From NCBI RefSeq assembly GCF_001457615.1, contig NZ_LN831024.1:3510001-3542000 (forward strand): 32,000 nt of DNA. The letters run 5' to 3'. This DNA is from Pseudomonas aeruginosa. Its GTDB lineage: Bacteria; Pseudomonadota; Gammaproteobacteria; Pseudomonadales; Pseudomonadaceae. Below the pieces are notes generated by a model that did no database searches, was not told the DNA's origin, and worked only from the letters and a program-made list of their open reading frames with translations. A program made the position numbers and the translations under genes. The first letter of the stretch is position 1. Each line of letters begins with the position of its first letter. Below, piece after piece: positions 17,536 to 28,146 of the stretch.

Positions 17536-19223
17536 CAGGCGGCCACCGGCAGTCCGAGCGCCTTGACGCTGGCGCTGGCCAGGTCGAGGACGTCCGGCTG
17601 GCCCTGCGGACGCAGCACGGCACCGCCCTCGAGATAGTATTCGAGACTGGTCAGGGCGTCGGCGAGGGTTTCCAGCATCTGCTCCGAAGGCATCTGCGCG
17701 GTCTCGATCATGCGCTGCTGGATGTAGTCGGCGCAGCCGCCGACCAGCAGCGCGGCGCGCTCCTGACCGAGGAACCAGAGACCGCCCCGGACCGCCTGCA
17801 GGCTGGCCGGGACGTTGGCCAGGTTGAGCTTGTCGCCATTGGATTCCAGGTACGCGGTGATCGCACGCTTGGCCAGGGCCAGGCCGGCCTTGGCCTCCTC
17901 GATCACCACGATGCGCGCCTCGGCCAACTGGTGCACGGCGAACGCATCGGCTTCCTGCCCGGGCTCCGCCGGAGTCGGCCGGATGATGCGGCGCTCGCCG
18001 CGTTCGAGGTTGCCGACCATGCTTTCCACGTAGAGCACCGCATCGGCCAGGCGCAGCAACGCCGGCGGCGAATCGGCGACGCCGCTGGCAGCCCAGGCGG
18101 CCACGGTGGGTAGCTGGGTCTGCAGGGCGGTGCCGGCCGAGTTCAGGCCGACCATGCCGAGGGTCTTGCTCAGCTTGCCCAGTTGCGCATGCAGGTTGGT
18201 CAGGCTATCCGGCTGGGCCACGCCGCGCTCGATCAGGTCGAGCATGTCCTTGACCCCGGCGAGTTCCTCGCGGATCGCCGTGGACAGCGAACGCATCACC
18301 GACTGGCCGGGGCCGGACAGGCGCTGCGATTCCTCTTCCAGCAGGTGGTCGGTGAACGGCAGCGGCGCCAGCCCATGCAGTTCGCGGACCTCGCGCGAAC
18401 GCGGGCCCTGGCCGTCGGACAGCGCCACCAGGTAAAGCAGTTCCTTGAGCAGATGGCGCGGCGCCTCGTAGGCCGGGCCGATCAGCAATTGCTTGAGCTC
18501 GCGGTCGATGCGCGAGAACAGTTGCTTGCGCGACTTGCGCGGCAACAGTTGGCCATCGACGATCGACTCGATCGCCGCGGCGCCGATCCAGCACAGCCGC
18601 GAACGGGCCACCCCGCCGTGCAGGCTGTCGAGGCGCGCCAGCGCGCGGCCCATCAGCTTGAGGCTGGGATAGAGGTTCTGTTCGCGGATCAGGCCGAGCA
18701 GGCCGATCTGGTACATGTGGCGCATCCGCCGGCTTTCCTCGCCCAGTTCGGCTTCGGAAGGCAGGTGGTCGATGGCAGTGCTCGGCGGCCGCGGGATATC
18801 CAGGCGGGCGCTGAAGAAGAAGCTTTCCGGCAGCGCCGGCTGCCCTGCGGCACAGCGCACTTCGTTGATCGCCGGCAAGAGCAGCTCGGGGATCTCCTGG
18901 CGATTGGCCTCGACGTTCTCCAGGTAGCGGCGCAGCACGTACAGGGCGTTGCCCAGGGCTGCCAGCTGGCCGTCGCGCTCCTCGCTGACGCCGGTGGGAA
19001 TGTCGGTCGCCAGCTGCAGGGCTTCCTGGGCCAGCAGCTCGGCGCCGGCCAGCTCGATCAGGTTGAGGGTGCCGCGGATCTGTTGCAGGCATTCGACGGC
19101 GTGCTGCAGCAGGCTGCCGTTCTGCCGCTCGGCAATGAACTGCTCAAGACCCTGTTCGGCCTGTTCCATGGTGGCGAACAACTCGTCGCGCACCAGACTG
19201 AGGGACGTGGCTCCTGTGACCAT
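17535..19223 (-). CDS. fimL: FimL, ChpA N-terminus-like/degenerate Hpt-type protein linked to twitching motility and virulence regulation
   Basis: ~562 aa from [29 protein letters not shown]; size, order and helical ChpA-like content match Pseudomonas FimL. The track start at 19247 adds 8 aa. Confidence 0.85.
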   Translation of the reverse strand: MVTGATSLSLVRDELFATMEQAEQGLEQFIAERQNGSLLQHAVECLQQIRGTLNLIELAGAELLAQEALQLATDIPTGVSEERDGQLAALGNALYVLRRYLENVEANRQEIPELLLPAINEVRCAAGQPALPESFFFSARLDIPRPPSTAIDHLPSEAELGEESRRMRHMYQIGLLGLIREQNLYPSLKLMGRALARLDSLHGGVARSRLCWIGAAAIESIVDGQLLPRKSRKQLFSRIDRELKQLLIGPAYEAPRHLLKELLYLVALSDGQGPRSREVRELHGLAPLPFTDHLLEEESQRLSGPGQSVMRSLSTAIREELAGVKDMLDLIERGVAQPDSLTNLHAQLGKLSKTLGMVGLNSAGTALQTQLPTVAAWAASGVADSPPALLRLADAVLYVESMVGNLERGERRIIRPTPAEPGQEADAFAVHQLAEARIVVIEEAKAGLALAKRAITAYLESNGDKLNLANVPASLQAVRGGLWFLGQERAALLVGGCADYIQQRMIETAQMPSEQMLETLADALTSLEYYLEGGAVLRPQGQPDVLDLASASVKALGLPVAA

Positions 19224-19262
19224 CGGTCTAGTGCGCCTCCCGCGCAAGAATATACAACGGCA

Positions 19263-20075
19263 TCAATCAGCGAATTCCGGCTTCTGCTTGGCCATATGCG
19301 CGGCCATCGCCACCCGCAGGTCGGCGGACTGGAGCATGGCGGCGTTCCAGGTAGCGACGTACTCGAGGCCGTCGTCGACCCGGTGGTCGCGCATATAGCG
19401 GATCATTTCCTTGGTACCACGGATGGCGATCGGCGACTTCGCGGCGATCTGCCGCGCCAGTTCGAAGACCCCATCCATCAATGCGGCCTGGTCTGCGTAG
19501 GTACGATTGACCAGGCCGATGCTCCGTGCCTCTTCGCCGTCGACCATGCGCCCGGTGTAGGCCAGCTCGCGCATCATGCCATCGCCGATGATCCGCGGCA
19601 GGCGCTGCAGGGTGCCGACGTCGGCGGCCATGCCGATGTCGATCTCCTTGATCGAGAACTGCGCGTCGGCGGTCGAGTAGCGCATGTCGCAGGCCGAGAC
19701 CAGGTCGATGGCGCCGCCCAGGCAGTAGCCCTGGATCGCCGCGAGCACCGGCTTGCGGCAGTTGTCGACCGCGTTGAACGAGGCCTGCAGCTCGAGAATC
19801 TTGCGACGCAGGGCGTCGGCGTTGCGGCCGACGTCCTTGCCCAGTTGGCTGCCGACCTGGGCCAGCAGCATCAGGTCGATCCCCGAGGAAAAATGCTTGC
19901 CCGCCCCGGACAGCACGACCACCCGCACTTCGTCGGTATCGTCGACCCAGCGGAAGATCTCGATGATCTCGCGCCAGAAGTCCTGGTTCATGGCATTGAT
20001 CTTGTCCGGACGGTTGATCTGGACGTGGGCGATCTTGTCTGCCAGCTCCACACGGAATGCGTTGTACTCGGTCAC
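19263..20075 (-). CDS. Enoyl-CoA hydratase/isomerase (crotonase; dienoyl-CoA isomerase-like)
   Basis: NRPDKINAMNQDFW, SGAGKHFSSGIDL, IQGYCLGGAIDLVSACDMRY. Confidence 0.92.
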   Translation of the reverse strand: MTEYNAFRVELADKIAHVQINRPDKINAMNQDFWREIIEIFRWVDDTDEVRVVVLSGAGKHFSSGIDLMLLAQVGSQLGKDVGRNADALRRKILELQASFNAVDNCRKPVLAAIQGYCLGGAIDLVSACDMRYSTADAQFSIKEIDIGMAADVGTLQRLPRIIGDGMMRELAYTGRMVDGEEARSIGLVNRTYADQAALMDGVFELARQIAAKSPIAIRGTKEMIRYMRDHRVDDGLEYVATWNAAMLQSADLRVAMAAHMAKQKPEFAD

Positions 20076-20298
20076 GGCGATAGTCCTCGGCAGAGCAACT
20101 GCGCTGTCAGAACGCAGAGATTTTTGTTGTGCGGAAAATCCCGCAACTATAACAAGGGCGAGCCAAATGTCGATGCTGCACTATGTGATGCACGGCACGC
20201 CCATTGATACCGCAATCTCTTCGATGATTGCGCTAAACGCTTGATCCAACGAAAGTCCTGCTGGCATTTTCAGTCTTTTCCTTGCCGTGGAGTCCATC

Positions 20299-21801
20299 GT
20301 GAGCAGTCCCCTGAGCCAGGCTTTCGCACAGAACTTCCTCGGGCATTCGCCGCGCTGGTACAAGCTGACGGTGCTCGCCTTCCTCTTGCTCAACCCCCTG
20401 CTGCTATGGCTGGCCGGGCCGGTGACAAGCGCCTGGGTGCTGGTCGGCGAGTTCATCTTCACCCTGGCCATGGCGCTGAAATGCTATCCGCTACAGCCGG
20501 GTGGCCTGTTGGTGCTGGAGGCGCTGCTGCTTGGCCTGGCTACCCCCGAGGCGCTCTATGCGGAATTGCAGCACAACTTCCCGGTGCTCCTGCTGCTGAT
20601 GTTCATGGTCGCCGGCATCTACTTCATGAAGGACCTGCTGCTCCTGCTGTTTTCCCGCCTGCTGCTCGGCGTGCGCTCGAAGACCCTGCTATCGCTCCTG
20701 TTCTGCCTGCTGGCCGCCCTCCTCTCGGCCTTCCTCGACGCCCTCACCGTGACCGCCGTGGTGATCAGCGTGGCGGTGGCATTCTTCGCCGTGTATCACC
20801 GGGTCGCTTCGGGGCAGCGCGCCAGCGAGGACTACGATCCCGCCACCGACCGCCAGGTCCCCGAGCTGCACCGGGCCCATCTCGAGGAATTCCGCGCCTT
20901 CCTCCGCAGCCTGCTCATGCACGCGGCGGTCGGCACCGCGCTGGGCGGCGTCTGCACCCTGGTGGGAGAGCCGCAGAACCTGCTGATCGGCCACGAGGCC
21001 GGCTGGCATTTCGTCGAGTTCTTCCGCCAGGTCGCGCCGGTATCCATGCCGGTACTGGCGGCCGGCCTGCTGACCTGCGTGCTGCTGGAGAAGAGCCGCC
21101 GCTTCGGCTATGGCGCCCAGTTGCCGGCGGCGGTGCGCCAGGTGCTCGCCGAGTACGCCGCCAGCGAAAGCCGCAAACGCGGAGCGCAGCAGAAGGCCGC
21201 GCTGCTGGTGCAGGCCCTGGCGGCGCTGGTACTGATCGTCGGGCTGGCCCTGCATGTCGCCGAGGTCGGCCTGATCGGCCTGTTGGTGATCGTGCTGATC
21301 ACTGCCTTCACCGGCGTCACCGACGAACACCAGATCGGCCGCGCCTTCCAGGAGGCCCTGCCGTTCACTGCGCTGCTGGTGGTGTTCTTCGCGGTGGTCG
21401 CGGTGATCCACCAGCAGCACCTGTTCACCCCGATCATCCAGGCGGTGCTGGCGCTGCCGGCGGAACGCCAGCCGGGCATGCTGTTCATCGCCAACGGCCT
21501 GCTCTCGGCGATCAGCGACAACGTATTCGTCGCCACCATCTACATCACCGAGGTGAAACAGGCGCTGGATGCCGGCCACATGAGCCGCGAGCATTTCGAT
21601 ACCCTGGCGGTGGCGATCAATACCGGCACCAACCTGCCCAGCGTAGCGACGCCCAACGGCCAGGCGGCGTTCCTCTTCCTGCTGACCTCCTCCATCGCCC
21701 CGCTGGTGCGCCTGTCGTACGGCCGCATGGTCTGGATGGCGCTACCCTACACCCTGGTGATGGGCGGCCTGGGCTGGTGGGCGGTCAGTCATTGGCTTTG
21801 A
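20299..21801 (+). CDS. nhaB: Na+/H+ antiporter NhaB
   Basis: [25 protein letters not shown]; [15 protein letters not shown]; [25 protein letters not shown]. Start could also be the GTG at 20287. Confidence 0.93.
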   Translation: MSSPLSQAFAQNFLGHSPRWYKLTVLAFLLLNPLLLWLAGPVTSAWVLVGEFIFTLAMALKCYPLQPGGLLVLEALLLGLATPEALYAELQHNFPVLLLLMFMVAGIYFMKDLLLLLFSRLLLGVRSKTLLSLLFCLLAALLSAFLDALTVTAVVISVAVAFFAVYHRVASGQRASEDYDPATDRQVPELHRAHLEEFRAFLRSLLMHAAVGTALGGVCTLVGEPQNLLIGHEAGWHFVEFFRQVAPVSMPVLAAGLLTCVLLEKSRRFGYGAQLPAAVRQVLAEYAASESRKRGAQQKAALLVQALAALVLIVGLALHVAEVGLIGLLVIVLITAFTGVTDEHQIGRAFQEALPFTALLVVFFAVVAVIHQQHLFTPIIQAVLALPAERQPGMLFIANGLLSAISDNVFVATIYITEVKQALDAGHMSREHFDTLAVAINTGTNLPSVATPNGQAAFLFLLTSSIAPLVRLSYGRMVWMALPYTLVMGGLGWWAVSHWL

Positions 21802-23146
21802 GCGTCGGCACTCCGTTGACCTGGTTGCGCCATTGCCGCCAGGTGTACATTGGGATACCGGCCATCAGCACCAGGAAGCCCCAGAAGATCGCCTGCTGGC
21901 CGGTGCCATACAGCGCCCATAGCGAGTAGGCGAAGCCCAGCGAGCCGATCACCAGCAATTGCCGGCGTGAACGCGGCGAGAACTCGTCCGGTCGCACCGC
22001 CAGCAGTTGCAACAGCGCGGCGGTGCAGAACGCGTAGGGGACCACCCCGGTCATGGTGCCGAGCAGGATGATCACGTTGAACACATCGACCAGGTCGCCA
22101 TGCCCGTCGACCATCACCAGCGCCGTCACCAGCAGCCCCGAGGCCAGCAGGCCGTGGGCCGGCGCGCCGTTCTTGTTGAGCTGGCCGAGCGACTCAGGGA
22201 ACAGCCCGTCGCGCGCCGGAGCCACCGGGATCTGGCCCTGCAACAGGACCCAGCCATTGAGCGCGCCCAGGCAGGCGATGACCGCCCCGGCAGCCACCAG
22301 GTAGTAGCCCCAGTCGCCCATCAGGATCCGTGCCGCGTCGGCGAACGGCGAGGTGGAGCGGGCCAGCACCTCCGGCGGCATCAGGCCCTGCACCGCAGTG
22401 ATCGAGAGGATGTAGAGGGCCGCCGCGGCCAGCGTGCCGAACAGGGTCGCGCGGGGAATGGTGCGGCGCGGGTCCTCGACGTCGTCGGCCGGCACGGTGG
22501 CCGACTCCAGGCCGATGAACGACCAAAGGGTCAGCGCCGCGGTGGTGGCGATCGCCTGGGCATAGCCCATGTTCGGCAGCTCGCTGCGCGCCGGGATCGC
22601 CAGGTGCTCGGGATTGAAGTGGAACCAGCCGAGGATACCGACCAGCAACAACGGCAGCAGCTTGAGGATGGTCAGCAGGTTCTGCACCACGCTGAAGGTG
22701 CCGATGCCTCGCAGATTGATCAGGGTGCACAGCCAGATCGCGGCGATGGCCACGCAGACCATCAGCAGCGGATCCGCCAGCGCCGGGATGAACACCCGCA
22801 GGTAGCCGACCAGGGTCACGGCGATCGCCGCGTTGCCGATCCAGGCGGCTTTCCAGTAGGTCCAGGCGCACAGGTAGCCGGCGAAGCTGCCGAAACCGTC
22901 GCGGGTATAGGCGTAGGGGCCGCCGGCGCCGGGGTTGACCCGCGCCAGGCGGGCGAAGGTCAGCGCCAGCAGCACCGCGCCGGTGCTCGACACCAGCCAG
23001 CCGAACAGGCTGAGCCCGCCGAACGCCGCCAGGCTGGAGGGAAGCAGGAAGACTCCCGAACCGACCATGTTGCCGATCACCAGCGCGCTGCAGGTCCAGA
23101 ACCCCATGCCGCGCTTGCCGGCCTTCTCTCCCCCCGCCATCGACAC
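21785..23146 (-). CDS. APC-superfamily basic amino-acid/polyamine antiporter (CadB/AdiC type)
   Basis: [30 protein letters not shown]; immediately downstream of a lysine decarboxylase gene. Confidence 0.9.
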   Translation of the reverse strand: MSMAGGEKAGKRGMGFWTCSALVIGNMVGSGVFLLPSSLAAFGGLSLFGWLVSSTGAVLLALTFARLARVNPGAGGPYAYTRDGFGSFAGYLCAWTYWKAAWIGNAAIAVTLVGYLRVFIPALADPLLMVCVAIAAIWLCTLINLRGIGTFSVVQNLLTILKLLPLLLVGILGWFHFNPEHLAIPARSELPNMGYAQAIATTAALTLWSFIGLESATVPADDVEDPRRTIPRATLFGTLAAAALYILSITAVQGLMPPEVLARSTSPFADAARILMGDWGYYLVAAGAVIACLGALNGWVLLQGQIPVAPARDGLFPESLGQLNKNGAPAHGLLASGLLVTALVMVDGHGDLVDVFNVIILLGTMTGVVPYAFCTAALLQLLAVRPDEFSPRSRRQLLVIGSLGFAYSLWALYGTGQQAIFWGFLVLMAGIPMYTWRQWRNQVNGVPTLKAND

Positions 23147-23163
23147 CCCTTAGCCTGTCGGCC

Positions 23164-25419
23164 TCATTCTTTTATGCATTCAACGGTATAGCAGCGCCCG
23201 GACGGTCCGTCCTGATGCTGCAGGCCGTGCACATCGGAGTCGAAACCAGGGAAGGCGCGCTCGAAGGTCCGCGCGAACTCGAGATAGTCGAGGATCGAGC
23301 GGGTCGCCTCGGTGAAGCGCTCACCCGGCATGATCAGCGGGATACCCGGCGGATAGGGTACCAGCATGACGGCCGCGATGCGCCCTTCCAACCGAGCGAT
23401 CGGTACCGCCTCGACCTCGCCGCGCACCAGCTTGTCGTAGGCCTCGGACGGCCGCATCGCGACCTCCGGCAGCACCGTGTACATGCGCTTCATGGCCTTC
23501 GCCGTGGCGTTGTCGCGGTAGCTGGCGTGCATGGCGTCGCTGAGGTCGCGCAGGCCCACTCCGTTGTAGCGCTTGCCGCCGGCCTGGGCCACGGAGGGCA
23601 AGACGTCGAGCAGCGGCAGGTTGGCGTCGTAACAGCGCTTGAATTCGAGCAGTTCGGTGACCAGGGTGCTCCACTTGCCCTTGGTGATGCCCATCGAGAA
23701 CAGCACCAGGAAGGAGTAGAGACCGGTTTTCTCCACCACCAGCCCGCGCTCCCAGAGGAAGCGGCTGACGATGGCAGCCGGAATCCCCTGCTCGCTGAGC
23801 TTGCCGCCGGCGCTCAGGCCCGGGGTGGTCAAGGTGACCTTGATCGGATCGAGCAGCACGTAGTCTTCGGCGATATCGCCGAAGCCGTGCCAGTCGGCGC
23901 TCGGCTCCAGCACCCAATCATGGGTGCCGACCTGATCGGTGCCCTCCACCTGCTCCGGCTGCCAGACGCCGAACCACCAGTCGTTCCGGTCCAGGTTCTG
24001 CCGTACGTTGGCCAGGGCCCGGCGGAAGCTGAGGGCCTCGTCGAAGGTCTCCTGGATCAGCGAACGCCCGGCGGGCCCTTCCATCATCGCCGAAGCCACG
24101 TCCAGCGAAGCGATGATGCCGTACTGCGGCGAGGTCGAGATGTGCATCATGAAGGCTTCGTTGAAGCGCGCCACGTCCAGCTTCCGGGTCCCGCCATCCT
24201 GCACGTGGATCATCGAGGCCTGGCTGAAGGCGGCGAGCATCTTGTGCGTGGAGTGGGTGGCGAACACCAGGGGTCCCTCCTCGCTGCGCGAGGTGCCCAT
24301 GCCATAGCGTCCGTCGTAGAACTCGTGGAACGCGGCATAGGCGTACCAGGCCTCGTCGAAGTGCAACACTTCGACGCTGTCGCCGAGGGTCTGCTTGATC
24401 AGCTCGGCGTTGTAGCACAGGCCGTCGTAGGTGGAGTTGGTCACCACCGCCAGCTTCACCTTCGGCTCGCGACCGCGCGCCAGCGGACTGGCGGCGATCT
24501 TCGCGGCAATCGACTCCTTGCTGAATTCGCTCAGCGGGATCGGCCCGATGATTCCCAGTTCGTTGCGTTCCGGAGTGAGGTAGAGCGGTATCGCCCCGGT
24601 CATGATGATCGAGTGGAGGATCGACTTGTGGCAGTTGCGGTCCACCAGCACCAGGTCTTCGCGACCGACCATGGAATGCCAGACGATCTTGTTCGCGGTG
24701 GAAGTGCCATTGATCACGAAGAAGGTATGGTCGGCGCCGAAATTGCGCGCGGCACGGTCCTCGGCCTCGGCCAGGGGGCCGGTATGGTCGAGCAGCGAGC
24801 CCAGCTCGGGGACCGAGACCGACAGGTCGGAACGCAGCGTGTTCTCCCCGAAGAACTGGTGGAACGCCTGTCCCACCGGACTCTTGCGATAGGCGACACC
24901 GCCGCCGTGGCCCGGCGTATGCCAGGAATAGTTGGACTGCGCGGTGTGCTCGACCAGCGCACGGAAGAATGGCGGCAGCAGCCCGGCCAGGTAGTTGCGC
25001 GCCGCCCGGGCGACCTGGCGGGCGAGGAACGGCACGGTGTCTTCGAACAGGTAGAGGATGCCGCGCAACTGGTGCAGGTCGGCCATGGACTCGGCCGGCG
25101 CGTTCTCGATGGTCACCTGCTCGCCGAGGGCGAAGATCGGCAATTGCGGCGCCCGCACGCGGGCCACGCGGATCAGTTCGACCACATCCTGCAGCAGGCG
25201 CTGGTTTTCCCCGGCACCTTCGGCGGCGACCAGGATGCAGGCCAGGCCGTGGTGGGTGGAAGCGACGATGCGCCCCTCGGCGGAGCTGGCGGTGGAGAGA
25301 ATGCTGAAGCCGTCCTGCTCCAGTTCGTGGGCGATGCCCCGCACGCGTTCGCCGGCAACGGTGTCGGCCTTGATGTCGCGATGGACGATGAGGACGGGAA
25401 ATTTGAGGTCTTTATACAT
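23164..25419 (-). CDS. ldcA: Lysine/arginine/ornithine decarboxylase, LdcA (fold-type I, PLP)
   Basis: 751 aa; N-terminal receiver-like wing domain; SNYSWHTPGHGGGVAYRKSPVG, FVINGTSTANKIV, FATHSTHKMLAAFSQASMIH (PLP lysine). Confidence 0.95.
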   Translation of the reverse strand: MYKDLKFPVLIVHRDIKADTVAGERVRGIAHELEQDGFSILSTASSAEGRIVASTHHGLACILVAAEGAGENQRLLQDVVELIRVARVRAPQLPIFALGEQVTIENAPAESMADLHQLRGILYLFEDTVPFLARQVARAARNYLAGLLPPFFRALVEHTAQSNYSWHTPGHGGGVAYRKSPVGQAFHQFFGENTLRSDLSVSVPELGSLLDHTGPLAEAEDRAARNFGADHTFFVINGTSTANKIVWHSMVGREDLVLVDRNCHKSILHSIIMTGAIPLYLTPERNELGIIGPIPLSEFSKESIAAKIAASPLARGREPKVKLAVVTNSTYDGLCYNAELIKQTLGDSVEVLHFDEAWYAYAAFHEFYDGRYGMGTSRSEEGPLVFATHSTHKMLAAFSQASMIHVQDGGTRKLDVARFNEAFMMHISTSPQYGIIASLDVASAMMEGPAGRSLIQETFDEALSFRRALANVRQNLDRNDWWFGVWQPEQVEGTDQVGTHDWVLEPSADWHGFGDIAEDYVLLDPIKVTLTTPGLSAGGKLSEQGIPAAIVSRFLWERGLVVEKTGLYSFLVLFSMGITKGKWSTLVTELLEFKRCYDANLPLLDVLPSVAQAGGKRYNGVGLRDLSDAMHASYRDNATAKAMKRMYTVLPEVAMRPSEAYDKLVRGEVEAVPIARLEGRIAAVMLVPYPPGIPLIMPGERFTEATRSILDYLEFARTFERAFPGFDSDVHGLQHQDGPSGRCYTVECIKE

Positions 25420-25612
25420 TGTTGATCCCGAGCAGCAGGCGGGCGAACCCCGCCGGTCGGCTCAGGGTAGAGACTTGCCGGCACGCGCGTAACCCCCGGC
25501 GGCTTGCCCTTGTAAGAAAAGGTCGCGGCAACACAAGTCGGCGCGCCGCGCTTGCCTCCGCTCCCGCCAGCGAGGAGCATGGACCTCTCTGCCCTGCTAC
25601 GGAGCGACAACG

Positions 25613-26002
25613 ATGCGCAGCGCTTATCGGATCGTCAGCGATCACTATGCGGCCTCTAGCCGTGGGGACCTCGCCGGAATGCTGGCGGACATGGACGAAC
25701 GCACCGAATGGACGGAAATGGCCGGTTTCCCGCTGGCCGGCACCTATGTCGGCGCGGCCGCCATCGGCGCCGGTGTGTTCCAGGCCTTGCAGCGGGACTG
25801 GGAGGGCTTCAGGGTCGAGATCGAGCGCCTGATCGACGGCGGCGACAGCGTGGTCGCCGTCGGTCGATATGCAGCGACCCACCGTCGCAGCGGCAAGTCG
25901 TTCGAAGCGCGCGTGGCACACGTATGGACGGTGGAGGACGGCAGGATCCGCCGTTTCGAGCAGTTCTGCGACACCTTGCTGGTGGAGCGGGCGACGCGCT
26001 GA
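25613..26002 (+). CDS. NTF2-like/SnoaL-like protein
   Basis: 129 aa; YRIVSDHYAASSRGDLAGMLADMDERTEWTEMAGFPLAGTYVG and FEQFCDTLLV. Confidence 0.85.
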   Translation: MRSAYRIVSDHYAASSRGDLAGMLADMDERTEWTEMAGFPLAGTYVGAAAIGAGVFQALQRDWEGFRVEIERLIDGGDSVVAVGRYAATHRRSGKSFEARVAHVWTVEDGRIRRFEQFCDTLLVERATR

Positions 26003-26029
26003 ACGCGGCGCCCGTGGTGCATGGGCAGG

Positions 26030-26770
26030 CTATTCGCCGACCGGCGCTTCCAGTTGCGCCCAGAGCGACGGACCACCTGCCGACTTCTCGATCACCGCCA
26101 GCCGCGCCGCATGCGCAGCCAGCTCTTCGGCGTTGGCGCGCAGCACCGGGGTGGCGACCCGCGCCGGATCGAGCCGACGGATCGGGCTGACCATCGGCCG
26201 GCCGCTGCCGTCGCCTTCCGCGCCGCTGCCGGCCAGCGACAGGCTGGTCTGGCCGCCGGTCATCGCCAGGTAGACGTCGGCGAGGATCTCGGCGTCGAGC
26301 AACGCGCCGTGCAGGTCGCGGCCGGAGTTGTCCACGCCGTAGCGCTTGCACAACGCATCGAGGTTGTTGCGCTGGCCCGGATGGCGCTCGCGGGCCATCA
26401 GCAGGGTATCCAGCACCGAGCAGTACTCGGTCACGTCCGAGCGGTCCTGCTGGCCCAGCAGGGCGAACTCGTTGTTGATGAAGCCGATATCGAACGCCGC
26501 GTTGTGGATGATCAGCTGGGCGCCGCGGATGAATTCGAAGAAATCGTTGGCGACCTCGCGGAAGCGCGGCTTGTCCTTCAGGTATTCGTTGGTGATGCCG
26601 TGGACGGCGATCGCCCCTTCGTCGACCTCGCGATCGGGTTGCAGGTAGACGTGGAAGTGGCGACCGGTCAGGCGGCGCCCCTCCAGCTCGACACAGCCGA
26701 TCTCGATGATCCGGTGACCATCGGTCACCGGCATGCCGGTGGTTTCGGTATCCAGTACGACGCTACGCAT
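26030..26770 (-). CDS. dnaQ: DNA polymerase III epsilon subunit (3'-5' exonuclease)
   Basis: MRSVVLDTETTGMPVTDGHRIIEIGCVELEGRRLTGRHFHVYLQPDREVD; HNAAFDIGFIN. Confidence 0.96.
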   Translation of the reverse strand: MRSVVLDTETTGMPVTDGHRIIEIGCVELEGRRLTGRHFHVYLQPDREVDEGAIAVHGITNEYLKDKPRFREVANDFFEFIRGAQLIIHNAAFDIGFINNEFALLGQQDRSDVTEYCSVLDTLLMARERHPGQRNNLDALCKRYGVDNSGRDLHGALLDAEILADVYLAMTGGQTSLSLAGSGAEGDGSGRPMVSPIRRLDPARVATPVLRANAEELAAHAARLAVIEKSAGGPSLWAQLEAPVGE

Positions 26771-26834
26771 CTATAGAGCCTTTCTCTGTTTCGCTGCAGC
26801 CGTGGCTGCTGAACGCTTGTTTCGGTGTGGCCGC

Positions 26835-27281
26835 TCAGCGCGGCAATTCGGCGACGCCACGGTTGGCCAACTGGTCGGCCCGCTCGTTGCCGGGGTCGCC
26901 GGTATGCCCGCGGACCCACTGCCACTCCACCTGGTGCCGGGCGACCTGTTCATCCAGGGCCTGCCAGAGGTCGGCATTCTTGACCGGCTGCTTGCTGGCG
27001 GTCTTCCAGCCGCGCTTCTTCCAGTTCGGCAACCATTCGGTGATGCCGCGCATCACGTATTCCGAGTCGGTGATCAGACGGATCGGACAGGAACGCTTGA
27101 GTGCCGCCAGCGCCTGGATCGCCGCCATCAGCTCCATGCGGTTGTTGGTGGTGTCCGGCTCGCCGCCCCAAAGCTCTCGCTCGGCGCCCTTGTAGAGGAG
27201 CAACGCCCCCCAGCCGCCGCGCCCAGGGTTGCCCTTGCAGGCGCCGTCGGTATAGATCACTACCTGTTCTTTATCTGTCAT
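26835..27281 (-). CDS. rnhA: Ribonuclease HI
   Basis: [30 protein letters not shown]... with [12 protein letters not shown] and TDSEYV; the track ORF extends falsely upstream to 28007. Confidence 0.96.
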   Translation of the reverse strand: MTDKEQVVIYTDGACKGNPGRGGWGALLLYKGAERELWGGEPDTTNNRMELMAAIQALAALKRSCPIRLITDSEYVMRGITEWLPNWKKRGWKTASKQPVKNADLWQALDEQVARHQVEWQWVRGHTGDPGNERADQLANRGVAELPR

Positions 27282-27283
27282 GC

Positions 27284-28045
27284 CTAAATTTCGGAATCTC
27301 GCCGGCTGACTTTCGCCACCGGCATGGGCACCAGCTGACCGCGCGGTTCGCGCTTGCTCTGGCGCAACGGGCGCAACCCCACGACCAGCTTGCGTGCCAC
27401 CAATAGATAGAAGCCGGCGCCCGAAGACTGCCAGGCGTCGCCCCAGCGCTCCAGGCGAGCCAGGCGCGATTGCCAGGCTGCCGACGCAAGCGGCGGACGA
27501 TAGCACCCGAAGCGCCGTTTCTCCAGCGCGAAGCCCAGCAGGTTGAGCCAGTCGCAGGCCCGCGACGGAGGAATGCAGCGGGCCTGGCGCAAGGCATCCC
27601 CGGCGAAATAATGACGGATGCCCCACAGGCTCCATGGGTTGATGCCGATCAGCAGCAGGTGGCCGCCCGGACGAACGGTACGCGCGGCTTCGCGCAGGAG
27701 ACGGTGAGGCGACAGGCAGAAATCCAGGCCGTGTTGCAGCAGGACCACGTCCGCGGCATGTTCGCTGAGCGGCCAGGCGCCCTCTTCGCAGGCGATGTCC
27801 ACGCCCGGCAGCGGCGGCCCCAGGCGCACACCGCGCTGAATCTGCCCGGTGCTCGGCGGCAGTTCGGCATGCGGTCCGTAGTGCACCAGGTAGCCACCGA
27901 AGTAACGGGTCAGCTCGTCGCACAACAGGCGTCGCTCCTCGGCCAGCATCAGGCTGCCCAGCGGGCCCTGGAACCAGTCGCGCGCCCGGTTGATCGATGC
28001 CAGCCACTCGGCATCGGTCTGGGCGAAGGCTTGCGGTTCGTTCAT
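27284..28045 (-). CDS. SAM-dependent methyltransferase (class I)
   Basis: Start [25 protein letters not shown]; [27 protein letters not shown]. Confidence 0.85.
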   Translation of the reverse strand: MNEPQAFAQTDAEWLASINRARDWFQGPLGSLMLAEERRLLCDELTRYFGGYLVHYGPHAELPPSTGQIQRGVRLGPPLPGVDIACEEGAWPLSEHAADVVLLQHGLDFCLSPHRLLREAARTVRPGGHLLLIGINPWSLWGIRHYFAGDALRQARCIPPSRACDWLNLLGFALEKRRFGCYRPPLASAAWQSRLARLERWGDAWQSSGAGFYLLVARKLVVGLRPLRQSKREPRGQLVPMPVAKVSRRDSEI

Positions 28046-28146
28046 GCGTACCTCCAGCGTCTTCCCCTTCGCGGCGACGGACGCCGGCACGACGGGAAAA
28101 TAAGCAATACTATGCGCCAATGACTTCTGCTTAGCGACATCGACCC

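Noticed and set aside
18183-20207. 674-aa plus-strand ORF
   Set aside because: Antisense to fimL and the enoyl-CoA hydratase, both of which have convincing protein families; low-complexity residue bias is typical of antisense ORFs in high-GC DNA.
20241-21929. 562-aa plus-strand ORF
   Set aside because: Alternate frame of nhaB, which has a strong family match and proper membrane-protein composition.
23215-25425. 736-aa plus-strand ORF
   Set aside because: Complete antisense mirror of ldcA; composition (H, G, A, R rich) without any recognisable domain.
27282-28007. N-terminal extension of the RNase HI ORF upstream of 27281
   Set aside because: RNase HI starts at [13 protein letters not shown]; the extension is an alternate frame of the methyltransferase gene.
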